Below, in pieces: positions 1-13,299 of a stretch of DNA of 64,000 nt (its first letter is position 1; each line of letters opens with the position of its first letter). The stretch is from the human T2T-CHM13v2.0 reference genome, Homo sapiens. Position numbers and translations under genes: made by a program. The notes beneath the pieces are model-generated. The model saw only the letters and a program-made list of their open reading frames with translations, was not told the DNA's origin and ran no database searches. The DNA is taken from assembly GCA_009914755.4 (NCBI GenBank), contig CP086569.2:21664001-21728000 (forward strand), in the 5' to 3' direction.

Positions 1-256
1 ATGGAGTCTTGCTCTGTTGCCCAGGCTGGAGTGTAGTGGCATGAGCTTGGCTCATTGCAACCTCTGCTGCCTCTGAGGAGGTTCAAGAGATTCTTCCACC
101 TCAATCCCAAGTAGCTGGGACTATAGGAGCTTACCACCCTAATATTTTGTATTTTTAGTAAAGACGGGGTTTTACCATATTGGCCAGGCTGCTCTTGCAC
201 TTCCTACCTCCAGTGATCCACCTGCCTTACTCTCCCAAAGTGCTGGCATTATAGGT
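1..256 (-). mobile_element. Alu SINE, antisense; window opens at its poly-A-proximal end
   Basis: Opens gagatggagtcttgctctgttgcccaggctggagtg and ends cctcccaaagtgctggcattataggt, the reverse complement of the Alu consensus. Includes the tttgtatttttagtaaagacggggtttt motif. Confidence 0.9.
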
Positions 257-420
257 TGTCTTTCTTTCGAGACAGGGTCTTGCTCTAGCATCCAGGCTGG
301 GAGTGCTTTGCTATAATCAGGGCTCATGTTAGCCTCAACCTCCCAGGCTCAAACACTCAAACAGTCCTCCCTCCTCAGTCTTCTAAGTAGCTGGGATTAC
401 AGGCATGCAGCTGCACCATG
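257..420 (-). mobile_element. Alu fragment (partial, ~165 bp)
   Basis: gagacagggtcttgctct...cctcccaggctcaaa...ctaagtagctgggattacaggcatgc. Antisense Alu motifs, but not full length. Confidence 0.75.
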
Positions 421-732
<312 letters not shown>

Positions 733-878
733 CAATTTTGTATTTTTTGGAGAGATGGAGTTTTGCCATGCTGGTCTTGAACACCAGTGGAAGGATCTTG
801 AATGATCTTGAACAATCCTTCCACCTTGGCCTCACAAAGTGCTAGGATTACAGGTGTAAGCTACTGCACCCAACCTTT
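733..878 (-). mobile_element. Alu monomer-sized fragment
   Basis: ggagagatggagttttgccatgctggtcttgaac...cctcacaaagtgctaggattacaggtgtaagctactgcacc. Confidence 0.7.
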
Positions 879-1020
879 GAATTCTTTTATTAGTTCTGGT
901 TTTGATGAATTCTTTAGGTTTTTCTGTGTGTAAAATTATGTTGTCTACAAACGAAGATAATTTCACTTCTTCATTTCCAGCTTGGAAGTATTTTATTTTT
1001 TGTCTTGCCTCATTGTGAAG
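879..1020 (-). mobile_element. Old L1 ORF2-derived fragment (antisense), left remnant of the L1 that the ERV sits in
   Basis: tgtctacaaacgaagataatttcacttcttcatttccagc is a diverged version of the L1 antisense motif tcatctgcaaacagggacaatttgacttcctcttttcctaattgaat (compare 5750-5810 and 34180-34230). Confidence 0.55.
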
Positions 1021-1140
1021 CGGGATTTAAGGAACCAGAGAGACCAGATGGAGTGCAAGAAAGTGTTTGTTTTAAGGTGTACACCAGCCTAGCAGACATT
1101 TGTCCTAAAGGTGAGCCCAGAACAAAGAAAACGAGTCCCT
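1021..1140 (-). repeat. Truncated 3' LTR remnant (first ~120 bp of U3), next to a PPT-like aaaaggga on the minus strand
   Basis: cgggatttaaggaaccagagagaccagatggagtgcaagaaagtg...gtgtacaccagcctagcagacatttgtcctaaaggtgagcccagaacaaagaaaacgag aligns to 10289-10396. Minus-strand ...cttaaaaggga lies just inside at ~1137-1150. Confidence 0.65.
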
Positions 1141-1144
1141 TTTA

Positions 1145-2100
1145 AGCATTTTGAGGCAGGTACTACATGAAGCAGGCTTACAGAAGCAAGAACAAAAGGC
1201 TGCTGTGACACTTTTGTAACATGTCTTACATCTCTTTGAGAACTTGGTTTGCAGCTTATGCTTATGTCTTGGGACTTTGCAGCTGTGCAGGGAAGAAAGA
1301 AGTAGGAGTTTATAAAGCCAACAAAATATGTGGAGGATAGACATGGTTAATGGTTCTTGGAACAGACAGTTAATATTCTCTTCTGACTTTAATTTCGGGG
1401 GGCTACTTACATTCTTCTTAGCTTTGGTTAATACAGAAATTCATTCTATGAACTGTTGTTATTTTTCTAACTATTATTATAATTTTTACTATTATGACTT
1501 ATGTTATTATTCTGTTATTTTCACAATTTCCCCCTTCATCCCCACTTTGGTGCTCTGTATTAATGTTGGTTAATAGAGCACTACAATTGTTTATTTCTTC
1601 TTGGGCTGATACATATTCTTCTTGGGGCAAAACCTGATACTTAGTCAATGCCATTTTTCGGGCAATAGTGTGTCTGGCCATGATTGCCTCTATAGTTGAC
1701 TGAACAATTCTGATGAAAAGAGGTAAGAGACAAGGAAGAATTAGGCAGAAATAGTAACAACATTAGTGTGTATAATAGAAACATGATTACACTACACATG
1801 GGCATGGGAGGCTTTCTCCTGGACAAAGGGATTGGCAACATTTGTAGTAACAGCATAATAACAAGATAATTAATACTGATAAAATCACAACTAGACTTAT
1901 GAATTTTATCCATGTCTACTTATCTATTGCTTATTCCTAAAGCTTCGGCTGTGGGTAGACCAGTCAGCTTTCAGTGTGTGACTTCAGCAGGGCTTGAAGA
2001 CTCCTTAAGCTTCAGTCGTGCATAGACTGACCAGCCTCCGGTGTGGTCAGAGCAGGGCAGTTCTTCTCAGCAGTGGCTTGGTTTTGCCACAAAATCAGTC
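1145..2100 (-). pseudogene. env: env remnant, heavily truncated (~1 kb where ~2 kb is expected)
   Basis: Position between the pol end (2100) and the 3' LTR remnant. The minus ORF 1641-1913 has hydrophobic TM-like stretches (IMLLLQMLPIPL). There is no intact SU/TM. Confidence 0.4.
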
Positions 2101-3737
2101 ATGTTGGATGATCTGCGTCCTGCTGACTGGTCCACTGGTCCTGGGCAGCCAGCTTCAGTTGGCTGTGGCGAATCCAGGGTATGATAGCTGCAACTTCAAC
2201 AGCAGTGGGAGTAGACAAGATTACAGTGTGGGTCCCATCCCATGTGGGCCGTAAGGTGGTTGGGTTCCATTTGTTAACCCAAACAAAAACTCCAGGTATA
2301 AAAGGGTGGACTGGGTCTGTCAGGCTAATAGGCATCTTTTCTTGAACCCAGTCATGGACCTTCTGCATAGCTTGCCCTAAGGCCTGCATTTGCCTTCTTA
2401 AAGTTAGTTCTCCTAGTTCCCAGAGATCACCTATAATCTGATTTATAATTGGGGGTGGTTAGAGAACACAATCTCATAGGGTGAATACCCAGTTAATTTG
2501 GTAGGGGTATACCTGACTCAGAGAAGGACCATGAGCAAGACCTGATACCACCTAAGATGAGTTTCTTGACAAAATTTCTTCAGCAGCTGCTTCAATGTCT
2601 GGTTAATCCATTCTGCCTTCCCTGAGCTCTGTGGGTGGTAGGCTGTGTGTAATTTCCACTTTATTTTTGCAGCTGAGTTAGTTGCTGTACAACTTCAGCC
2701 ACAAATGCCAGGCCATTGTCTGATCCTAAGGACAGAGGCAGTCCAAATGTAGGAATAATGTCCTTTAGCAATACTCTGGTTACTTCTAGGGCTTTCTGTG
2801 TCCTAGTGGGGAATGCTTCAACCCATCCTGAGAAATTGCAAACAAACATCAGGCACTGTTAGCCCCTGCTCGGGCAGTTTGGTGAAGTCCACAAGCAAAT
2901 TCTCACAAGGTGTCGCTCCTATCTCTTGAATTCCTGGGGGCCGAGTTGGCCCTTGCCTTGGATTGTTCAGAGCACAAGTCATGCATTGCCACAAACAGCT
3001 TAAGTGATAGCAATAAGGTGTGGGACATAAAAGTTCTGTACTACAAGAGTCTCTAAAGCAGTTTTTCCCATGTGCGATCCTTGATGAAACTTTTACAAAT
3101 CAGGGGGCTATTGTTTCTGGGATAGCTAGCCTTCCATCTGAGAACTTCCACCAGCCTCCTATGTAACTTCCGCTCTCTTGTTCAAACCAAGTTCTCTCAT
3201 TTGGAGAGTAGTGTGGGGTTTCAGTTAAGGAAGGCTCTAGTAGAAGTGGCAGGGTTGGGGTCTACTTTTTAGTACCTAGGTTGGACATAGCTGCTTGCTT
3301 GGCTTCTCTCTCTGCCTTTCTATTTCCTTGTGCCTCTATGCCACCACCTGTCTGGTGTCCTTTACAGTGAATGACTGCCATCCTGTCTGGAGCCCACATA
3401 GCATGTAAGAGCTGTAAAATTTCCTCTTTATTTTTAATTTCTTTCCCTCCAGCAGTTAAAAGTCATCTTTCCTTGTAAATAGCCTCGTGGGCATGCAATA
3501 TGGCAGAAGCATACTTTGAGTCAGTGTAAATGTGGACTGTTTTTCCTTTGGCCACCAGCAGGGCTCTAGTTAGAGCTATAAATTCTGCTTTGTGTGCTGA
3601 GTGAGGTCCCAGCAGGGAGGGCCTGTGCCTCAGCTACTGAACTTAAGAGTCTCCACTCCTTGCCCGGCTTGGTGGATCCCCTCTGATGTGAAACTGCTCC
3701 CATCTGTGAAATATTCAACATCTCGTACCTCAAAGGG
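2100..3737 (-). pseudogene. pol: pol: RNase H + integrase portion
   Basis: Minus ORF 2099-2389: HPFIPGVFVWV...WDGTHTVILSTPTAVEVAAIIPWIRHSQLK, matching the MLV IN C-terminus [30 protein letters not shown]. Minus ORF 2661-2849: FSGWVEAFPTRTQKALEVTRVLLKDIIPTFGLPLSLGSDNGLAF (IN core). RNase H: ...HIYTDSKYA... on the minus strand at 3250-3737. Confidence 0.85.
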
Positions 3738-3743
3738 CTGGTC

Positions 3744-5834
<2,091 letters not shown>

Positions 5835-5845
5835 AGGACTGGTCC

Positions 5846-7440
5846 TTTAAATCCTTCTGGCTCAAGAATATTTTGTCCACAACGTCTGCACAGTAGTGCT
5901 GGGGAAATTGGTCATGCAGCTTGGGCATTTCCATGGGCAAAAGAGTAGCCAGGTTTAGGATATTTACAGTTTCTAAATTTATATTTGGATTTTCAAATGA
6001 GAGCCCTTGGTATCTTAATATTCTTGGATTAGATAGCCAGTGATATCCTTTTTGACCCATTAGGAAAATTATGGTATGTGGCACCCGTATTATTAGCCTT
6101 TGGGCTAGAGTTAACTTGGTTGCATCCTCGGCTAGCGTGGCAGTGGTGGCCAATGCCTTCAAAGAGGGGGGCCATCTGAAGGCCATAAAATCTAGTCATT
6201 TTGACAAGTAAGCCACTGGTCGATTCCACAACTCTACCATTTGAAATAAAACTCCTGTGGCCATTCCCTTTCTCTGATGGATGTAGAGAAAGAATGGCTT
6301 TATCAGGTGAGGCAGTCCTAAGGCTGGAGCCTGGATTAAAGCTTTCTTGATGTTGTTGAAAGCTTTTTCCTGTTCAACTCCCCACAGAAGAGGTTCTTTT
6401 TCTCCCCACTTGGTGGCTTAATACAGTGGTTTTGCCATAAGTGAAAAGTTTGGTATCTAAATGTGGCACAACACAGCTACCCCTAAGAATTCTCTGATCT
6501 GCTGACATGTTACAAGTGATGGAAGAGCACAAACAGCCTGTTTTCACTCACTGCCCATTTCACATTGCCCTTGAGTTACTAGAAACCTAGATATCTTGCT
6601 CCTTGTTCACAAATCTGGGCCTTCTTCTGGGACACCTTATAATTTGCTTTACATAGTAGATGCAGGAGGCCCTCAATGCCCTGGTAGCAATCTTCCTTAG
6701 TTGGGGCTGCAAACAAAAGATCATCTATGTGCTGCAACAGGACACATTTGTCATTTGGCGAGACAAAATCCTTGAGATCAGACACTAATGCCTCCTCAAA
6801 GATAGGAGGGGAGTTTTTGAACTCTTGTGGAAGTCGCCTCCAAGTATACTGTGTTTCTCCCCCATCTGAATGCAAAAATAGATTGGCTTACTGGAGTTAG
6901 CTTGAGGCAAAAGAAAGCATCCTTTAAGTCTAAACAAGTAAACCAAGCAGCATGAGCAGGTATCTGACTCATCATTGTATATCAGTTGGGTACCATGGCA
7001 TGCAAAGTAACAGTGACTTTATTTATGGCCCATAGGTCTTGCACATGTCTAAATTCACCAGATGGTTTCTGCACCAGTAAGAGAGGTGTGTTCTCTTACT
7101 GGTTGACCTACAGAGTGACTTACATTTTCTTATAATTCCATGTTCTAACAGCTGGCTCATGTGTTTGTTCATACCTCATACTGCCTCTATGGACACCTGG
7201 TACTGTGGATCACACACTGGTGACACACCTGGATTCAGCTCTACTACCACTGATGCTTGGGGTATAGCTAGTGCTGGTGGATTGTCTTCTGCCACACTTC
7301 AGGTATCTTCAGAACAAGCCTGTCCATTAGTCTGCCCATAAACTTGGACAGTTGATATGCTGCTTTCATGTATAGCCTGCATTCCTCAGTTTTTGGCAAG
7401 GTAAGGGTTAATGCCATGGCTTTCAGACGACTCAGATCTA
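5846..7440 (-). pseudogene. pol: pol: reverse transcriptase domain
   Basis: Minus ORF 6579-6875: YTWRRLPQEFKNSPPIFEEALVSDL...VLLQHIDDLLFAA (YXDD). Minus 5846-6190: LNLATLLPMEMPKLHDQ, matching MLV LNPATLLPLPEEGLQH. The revcomp of 6230-6560 gives ...REFLG...QEKAFNNIKKALIQAPALGLP...RPVAYLSK. Confidence 0.88.
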
Positions 7441-7453
7441 GAGTCATGTTTCC

Positions 7454-7738
7454 TTATGACCTGAAAGAACTTTGAGCTTGGAGTTTCTGAAGTATGTCCC
7501 TCCCTAACAGAGGCACCGGACAGTTTGGCAGATATAGAAATTCATGCCAGACCTCCTGACCTCCAATAACACACCTTCTGGACTGAAAGAAAGGCCTTTT
7601 TTCTGACACTCTGGTTGCCCCAACTATAGTAGCATAGTTTTTAGATAGTGGCCCCACTGGCCATGTCATCACTGAGTGCTCAGCACCAGTATCTACCATA
7701 AAGTCCATCTGTTGGTCCCCTACCTCCATAGAGACCAA
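7454..7738 (-). pseudogene. pro: pro: retroviral aspartic protease
   Basis: Minus ORF: MVSMEVGDQQMDFMVDTGAEHSVMT...CPVPLLGRDILQKLQA (DTGA active site, LLGRDIL flap). Confidence 0.8.
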
Positions 7739-7759
7739 GGGCTCCCGGAGGCCCAGAGA

Positions 7760-9400
7760 GATCGAGCTTGGTCTGTCTCAGTCCTCATATTCTTCAATTC
7801 CTGCCAAGCCGACCAAGTCAGCTTCTTGCTTCAAAATGCAATGGCTAGCAGCTGCTGGCCTTTGCCATGTCTCAGGTCCTTGGCTGTTGCCTCCATCCTT
7901 TTCTGTTTCTGTACATTCATCCTTCTAATTCCCTTTTCTGTTTGCATCTCACACACTGATCCCTCTCAAGCCTAGCCAGCCCTCTTGCCCTGGCCTAGCT
8001 TGTCCTCTTCCACAACCATGTCCACAACCATTTCTACATCCACATCCTTTCACAAATCCAGTCTCTCTTTCTACCATGGCAGCAGCCAACAAATCAGCCT
8101 TTTTCTTAGCTTTGGCATTGCCTGTTCCTTGGTTTCCTCCTCTCAATTAACAAACACCATGGTAGCCACTTGAATAAGCTGGGTGATATTCATACCTTCA
8201 AACCCTTCCAACTTCTGAAGCTTTCATCTGATACCACCTTGTGCCTGGCCCACAAATGCCCTGTTAATCATGCACTGGTTCCCTACAGCCTCTAGGTCAA
8301 ATGGAGTGTGAAGGCAGTATGCTTCACAGAGCCTTTCATAAAATTTACTATGACTGTCATCAGCCTTCTGGTGAACCTCTGAGACCTTTCCCATATTCAT
8401 TGTCTTTTTTCCTCCTGCCTTTATTCCGTTAAGGAGTGCCTTTCAATACCATTGCAGGTTTTGTAACCCTTCTGCCTGGTTTTGTCTCCGGTGCATACTG
8501 CTTGACATTGTTTGTGCCTTCTGGTTCATTGCTTTCTAACAACTGGAGGGCCACTTGTGCCACTCTACGACATTCCTCCATATTGAATAATGCTAAAAGA
8601 AGTTGTTGACAATCAGGCCAGGTAGGGTTATGAGTCAGAAAGATGGACCACATCAAGTCTGTAAGGGCCTGGGGCTTCTCCGTATAGGAGGGTGTATTCT
8701 GTTTCCAGTTTAGGTCAGTGGTGGAGAAAGGCTAGTAAACAAAAAGACCCTGCCCTCCTCGGATTTGACCTTGTTCATCATGATAAATATAACCTTGTGT
8801 CTCCCCGAGAGGCATCTGCAAAGCTTGGATGCAGCCTGATCTCATTATCCTGAGGTTCTTCCTTAGTCTTTACAGACAGGGGCTCTAACTCTTCCCTGCC
8901 AGGTGAAACCTTAAATCACTCTCCTCTGAGCTTTATTCCTCTAGGACCACTTGTTTGGCATCCTGCCTTAGCCTTGCCAGAGATGGATATATTGGGACAT
9001 AGAGAGGTGGAATTTTCCTCTCCTCAGGTCGGGCTTGCAAAACAGGCTTTTTCTGTTCTCCTCGTGGCTTTTTCTTTTTTTCTACAGTCTCTTTGGACAC
9101 TTTTACTGTGTGTAATTTGGCACAGGTTACCAAGGTATTACAGTAGTTTTCAAAACAGACTTGCAGATACTTGGGGCGATTTTCAATGACCCTCAGCCAG
9201 GAGTCAACGTATGGGAACTGATCGGGGTGCCCAGATTGTTCTCCGGTTCCAGTTACTACCCTAAACACACGGCCAATTATCTCCCTATCTATTGTTCCTT
9301 CAGTCGGCCACCTGACATTAAAAAAAGGCCAATCCATTTCACAGAGAGTTCTCAATCTCTGAGAGTCAATTTAACTTCATTAATCTCCATTAAAACCTTT
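7760..9400 (-). pseudogene. gag: gag (MA, p12 with PPLY late-domain motif, CA, NC remnant); frameshifted
   Basis: Minus ORF 8933-9355: EMDWPFFNVRWPTEGTIDREIIGRVFRVVTGTGEQSGHPDQFPYVDSW (MLV MA-like: AEWPTFNVGWPRDGTF...GHPDQVPYI), then ...PPLYVPIYP. Minus ORF 8429-8656: HNPTWPDCQQLLLALFNMEE (CA major region). Minus ORF 7949-8146: Cys/His-rich NC-like. Confidence 0.8.
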
Positions 9401-9766
9401 CTTGAAATTTTTCAACATATACTCCAATGCAGTAGCCTTCGAAGCATTTCCTTCCATCTCCAGCCTTGAGAGGCGCATTTGCTGTCACTTTCACTCCTGG
9501 ACTGACCAGACGGGGTCCTATTACGGGAAGTCTGGGGGTTGCTTAGCCAGGAGAATACCTTAATCCTGTCACAGCCAGCTGCAGCCGTGAAGCAGCTCCT
9601 ATTGGCTGTATGCAATGCCCTAGATCTGGCTCGTCCCACACTCGCTTTGGAACACACAGTCTGTGCTAAGAGATCTGTGTCTCCCCACGTCACATCCCGA
9701 GTTGGCCTCTGCTCAGACCGTCTCTTTCACATACTTTCACACACCTCCCCATTTCCCGTACTGGCC

Positions 9767-9885
9767 TTTAGTTAAAGCAGCGAGCCCCCGCCACTTTCAG
9801 TTTCCTTGAATCTCCTCTGTTCTCTCTCTTTCTTTAGTTAAAGCTGCGAGCCCCTCTTGCCACTTTCATTTCCTTTTTCCGACCG
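9767..9885. repeat. ~66-bp tandem duplication in the ERV LTR-end/PBS region
   Basis: tttagttaaagcagcgagcccccgccactttcagtttcc (9767-) is repeated as tttagttaaagctgcgagcccctcttgccactttcatttcc (9832-). The minus strand reads gaaagtggcgggggctcgc, a partial match to the tRNA-Pro PBS TGGGGGCTCG. Confidence 0.6.
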
Positions 9886-10396
9886 ACCTATAAGCCTCTC
9901 TCGCATTCGATGTCGGTTGGAGCATGAGTTTCATCTGAATCAAGGGGCCTCTCTTGTTGTCCCCAGTCCCTCTGGGTCGGACTAGTTGTCTCACCCTGGG
10001 AGGTGATCACGCTCCCTGGGGACGGGTCCTGCCTTAAGGCTCAGACCCTTACTGCAGTTCATATGTCTGCACAGAGCTCCTGACACTGTCCAGCAATCTC
10101 CTTTGCCGGTTCTGTTGCGCTGTCAGGAAGGGCACCAGGACAGAGGAGGACCAATTCCCTTATGGGCTGAAGTCCTCCCGTGGTGCCGAGGGGTTCAGGT
10201 CTCCCCTCTTCTGGGGCCTCAGTCCCACAGGCAAAGGATACAGAAATCTGCTGTCTCCAGTTCCCAGGTTTTGGTACCAGATGAAGTGGGATTTAAAGAA
10301 TCAGAGAGACCGGACAGAGTGCAGAAAAGTGCTTAAGGTGTACACCGGCCCAGCAGACATGTGTCCTAAAGACTGAGCCCAGACAAAGAAAATGAG
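9800..10396 (-). repeat. ERV 5' LTR (boundaries approximate; inner boundary uncertain because of the tandem duplication)
   Basis: The outer 110 bp (10289-10396) match the 3' LTR remnant at 1021-1140. The unrelated L1 sequence starts at ~10397. Confidence 0.55.
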
Positions 10397-11307
10397 TTAA
10401 TTTTGGTCTTCTATATATAACTTCTTAAAATAGAAGTGTACATTTTTGAAATACATTTTGTTTTCTCATGTTTTGATTTAATGCCATAAATTTACCTGTC
10501 AGCACTGCTTTTACCTTCATCTGATCTGAAGTATTGTATTTTCATGTTTATCCAGCTCAGTGTATTGTTTTATTTTCCTTGACAATTTTTTTTAAATCCT
10601 CTCGTTATTAAAGGATTCTTGTTTGACCCAAGGATTATCTTCCCAGTGTATGGAGATTCTCCTGTTTTTTTCTTTGTCTTACTGATTTCTACTTTAGTTG
10701 TATTGTGGTTGGGAAACACACTGGATTATTGTAAGTCTTTTATGTCTGTTGAGTTTTCTTTTATGGCACAGGAACCCTGAAAGCAATGTGTATTTGGCAT
10801 TGGGTGGAACGTTCCATTAATGTTGATTCAATTCTTTTGGTTGATGGTGTTGCTGAGTCCTCTTCTTTGTTGGTTTTCTTTCAAGTTGTTCTGTAAATTG
10901 AGAAAGGATGTTGTCCTTTCCAACTGTAATTGTAGATTTGTCTTTTTCTTTTATATTTTTAGGTTTTACTTCACATATTTTCAGTTCTGTTTCTTGCTGC
11001 ATGGACAGTACAGATTGTGGTTTCTTCTCGGTTACTAGTTTCATTTATCATTATATAATATCTTTTACATCATTGAAAATTTTCTTTTCTCTAGTCTACT
11101 TTATCTGGTGAATATGTCTATCCACTCCTGCTTTCTTCTAATGTCTGCATGATACATTTTTCTTTTTTACTTTTGAACTTTTCATCCTGTCTCTACTTTT
11201 ATGTGAAAGTGAGTTTCTTATAGATAGTATACGTGTGGGGCATGTTTTAAAATTCACACTGCTAATCTCCATATTTTTGTTGTATTTACACTATTTAGAA
11301 TAGTTTA
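10397..11307 (-). mobile_element. Old L1 (L1P/L1M-like) ORF2 3' region, antisense; right part of the L1 that hosts the ERV
   Basis: ttggcattgggtggaacgttccattaatgttgattcaattc..gttgatggtgttgctgagtcc...ctttccaactgtaattgtagatttgtc parallels L1 antisense ggtggagtgttctataaatgtcaattaggtc...tgttcaagtc...ctccaactataattgtggatttgtc. Confidence 0.75.
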
Positions 11308-11372
11308 CTTTTTTTTGTTTGTTTTTTTTGTTGTTGTTGTTGTTGTTTTTTTTTTTTTTTTTTTTTTTTTTT
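11308..11372. repeat. Poly-T/(GTT)n simple repeat (expanded Alu tail)
   Basis: ttttttttgtttgttttttttgttgttgttgttgttgttttttttttttttttttttttttttt. Confidence 0.9.
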
Positions 11373-11668
11373 GAGACGGAGTCTCGCTCTGTCGCCCAGG
11401 CTGGAGTGCAGTGGCATGATCTTGGCTCACTGCAAACTCCACCTTCTGAGTTAAAATGATTTTCTTCCCTCAGCCTCCTGAGTAGCTGGGACTACAGGTG
11501 CATGCCACCACGCCTGGTGGTGCATTTTTTTTTTTTTTGTATTTTTAGTAGAGACAGAGTTTCACCGTGTTAGCCAGGATGGTCTCGATCTCCTGACCTC
11601 GTGATCCTCTCACCTCAGCCTCCCAGAGTGCTGGGATTACAGGCATGAGCGAACCATCGCACCCAGCC
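11373..11668 (-). mobile_element. Alu SINE, antisense
   Basis: gagacggagtctcgctctgtcgcccaggctggagtgcagtggc...cctcccagagtgctgggattacaggcatgagcgaaccatcgcacccagcc. Confidence 0.92.
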
Positions 11669-12300
11669 TACATTTAATGTTAATTTTTGATATGTTCATT
11701 AGCTCTTCATTTTCTGTTTGCTGGTTTTATTTTGTTTTCTTTTCTCTTGAGTTTTTTTTTTTTTTTTTTTTGTCCTTTATGTAGTTTATTTGAAGAGATT
11801 TGAGACATTCATTCTGATGTATTTATCATCTTTTTGAGTATACCTAAAGAGGTATAAAGATGTGTCTTTTTAAATTGTTTTTTGAGGTGTGAAATTCTGT
11901 AAACATAATTTGTCATAGTATACTGACATCTTTTTACCAGCTTCAGTGAAATATATAAACCTGTATACCTCCCATTATTCACTGTATTATTAGCTTTTTA
12001 TACTTGCCTTATATATTTTCTCTACATACATTTAAGATCACCTCAGACTGAGTTACATGATTTTTGTTACAGTTTTTAGTCCTAAAATTTCCCTTTGTTT
12101 ACTGAAACCTTTAATTTTTATGCTTTATACTTTTTCATTAGTTTTGAGCATGTTCATAATTCTTCATTTAATTATTTTTATGACAATTTAAAAATATTTC
12201 TCAGATAATCCTGATAGTATTGACATTTCTGTGTTGACATTTATCATGTTGTTTCATTGAGGTGGAGACGTTCCTATTTCTTGATTTTTATGAGTAATCT
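11669..12300 (-). mobile_element. Old L1 continuing (antisense), AT-rich ORF2/ORF1 region
   Basis: tacatttaatgttaatttttgatatg matches L1 antisense ccatttacatttaatgtaattattgatatg. Continues the 10397-11307 element on the other side of the Alu. Confidence 0.55.
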
Positions 12301-12623
12301 TTATTTGAAACTTGAATATTTGAGGGACTATTAGGAGACTCCAGACCTTATTACAACCCTCATTTGTAGCTGGCTTTGTGTGATACCACCCTAACAGAGG
12401 AAAGGGGTGTGCATGTCAAGTAGGGGCAGAATTCCAAATTCCCTTCTTCAGTTCCTTTGACACACAAAGCAGGGTTTCCTGTTATTGATAAATGAATATG
12501 CAGGTTTCAGCTTCACCCAAGGCCTTACGTGCATCTCTCTGGCTAGGAGGGGAGGAGTGTCTTCTTACCACATGTAAGAGTTGGAAACCCTAGCTCTCTA
12601 CTCCACCTTCTCTGATTCTACTC

Positions 12624-13122
12624 TGTAGGAGCTCGGTCAGGGTGGTGGGAGAAATTACAAGATAAAATTATAGGAAAAATACAAACCTTCTTAGAAGGCC
12701 AGAAGGTTTTGCAAAAGCGTTAGGAAAGAGATATGGCTGAAAGCAGCCTGATCCTCTTACCTTGAGCTAATAGTAAAAGGCAAATAACAAGGGAATGTAG
12801 AGGAGTTCATCTAAATAGCTTGTTTAGTCATGTTGTCCTAACACCAACCTTTGATCATTTGTGCACAAGACTGCTTTCTCTGGGAGGGTGACCATGTTAA
12901 TTATCTACAAGTGTGTTGACTCAAAGCCTCTGTCATTAAATCAGTGCTAAATAAATGCCTGTGGCACCAGCTTGTCAGGGCTGTGGCTGCTGACTCTTTA
13001 TAGCACTTTTCTCAACATCTGTAGGTGGCTTAGTCCTCTAGCCTGCTCTTTCACTGGATACCTGTGTCTGAGTGCATTTGTTCATCCATCGTTTGGCCAG
13101 GGTCTGTGGGTCAGACCTGGCA
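12624..13122 (+). repeat. HERV-K-like 5' LTR (~499 bp, TG...CA)
   Basis: tgtaggagctcggtcagggtggtgggagaaattacaag...ctaaataaatgcctgtggcaccag...ggtctgtgggtcagacctggca. Copy at 17140-17885. Confidence 0.85.
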
Positions 13123-13299
13123 GATGGTACCCCATGAGAGGAATGCTGCAACCATCATGACAGAACCCTCAAAAACGAAGGTGAAGAAGAATGCACAGTC
13201 AGTAAGTCAGTAAGTCATTGGTGCCCACTCAGGATTTCCAAGTTTGAAGGAATTGTTCAGGCTAGGGTTTCATCCTGGGACAACAGTTATCAGTTCAAC

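Noticed and set aside
1105-1573. ORFs 1105-1344 (-) and 1328-1573 (+) near the truncated ERV 3' end
   Set aside because: AT-rich, low-complexity translations (YYYNFYYYDLCYY...). No similarity to Env or anything else recognisable. Most likely decayed env/PPT-proximal sequence.
7159-8173. Plus-strand ORFs 7159-7341, 7676-7975, 7985-8173 within the ERV
   Set aside because: They are antisense to the ERV gag/pro coding sequence, which has clear homology on the minus strand. Chance ORFs with low-complexity (Ser/Thr/Leu) content.
9412-9775. ORFs 9412-9693 (-) and 9539-9775 (+) in the ERV leader
   Set aside because: Located between the gag start and the PBS/LTR in untranslated leader. No Gag homology (Gag MA homology begins at ~9355 going downward). 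Considered chance ORFs.
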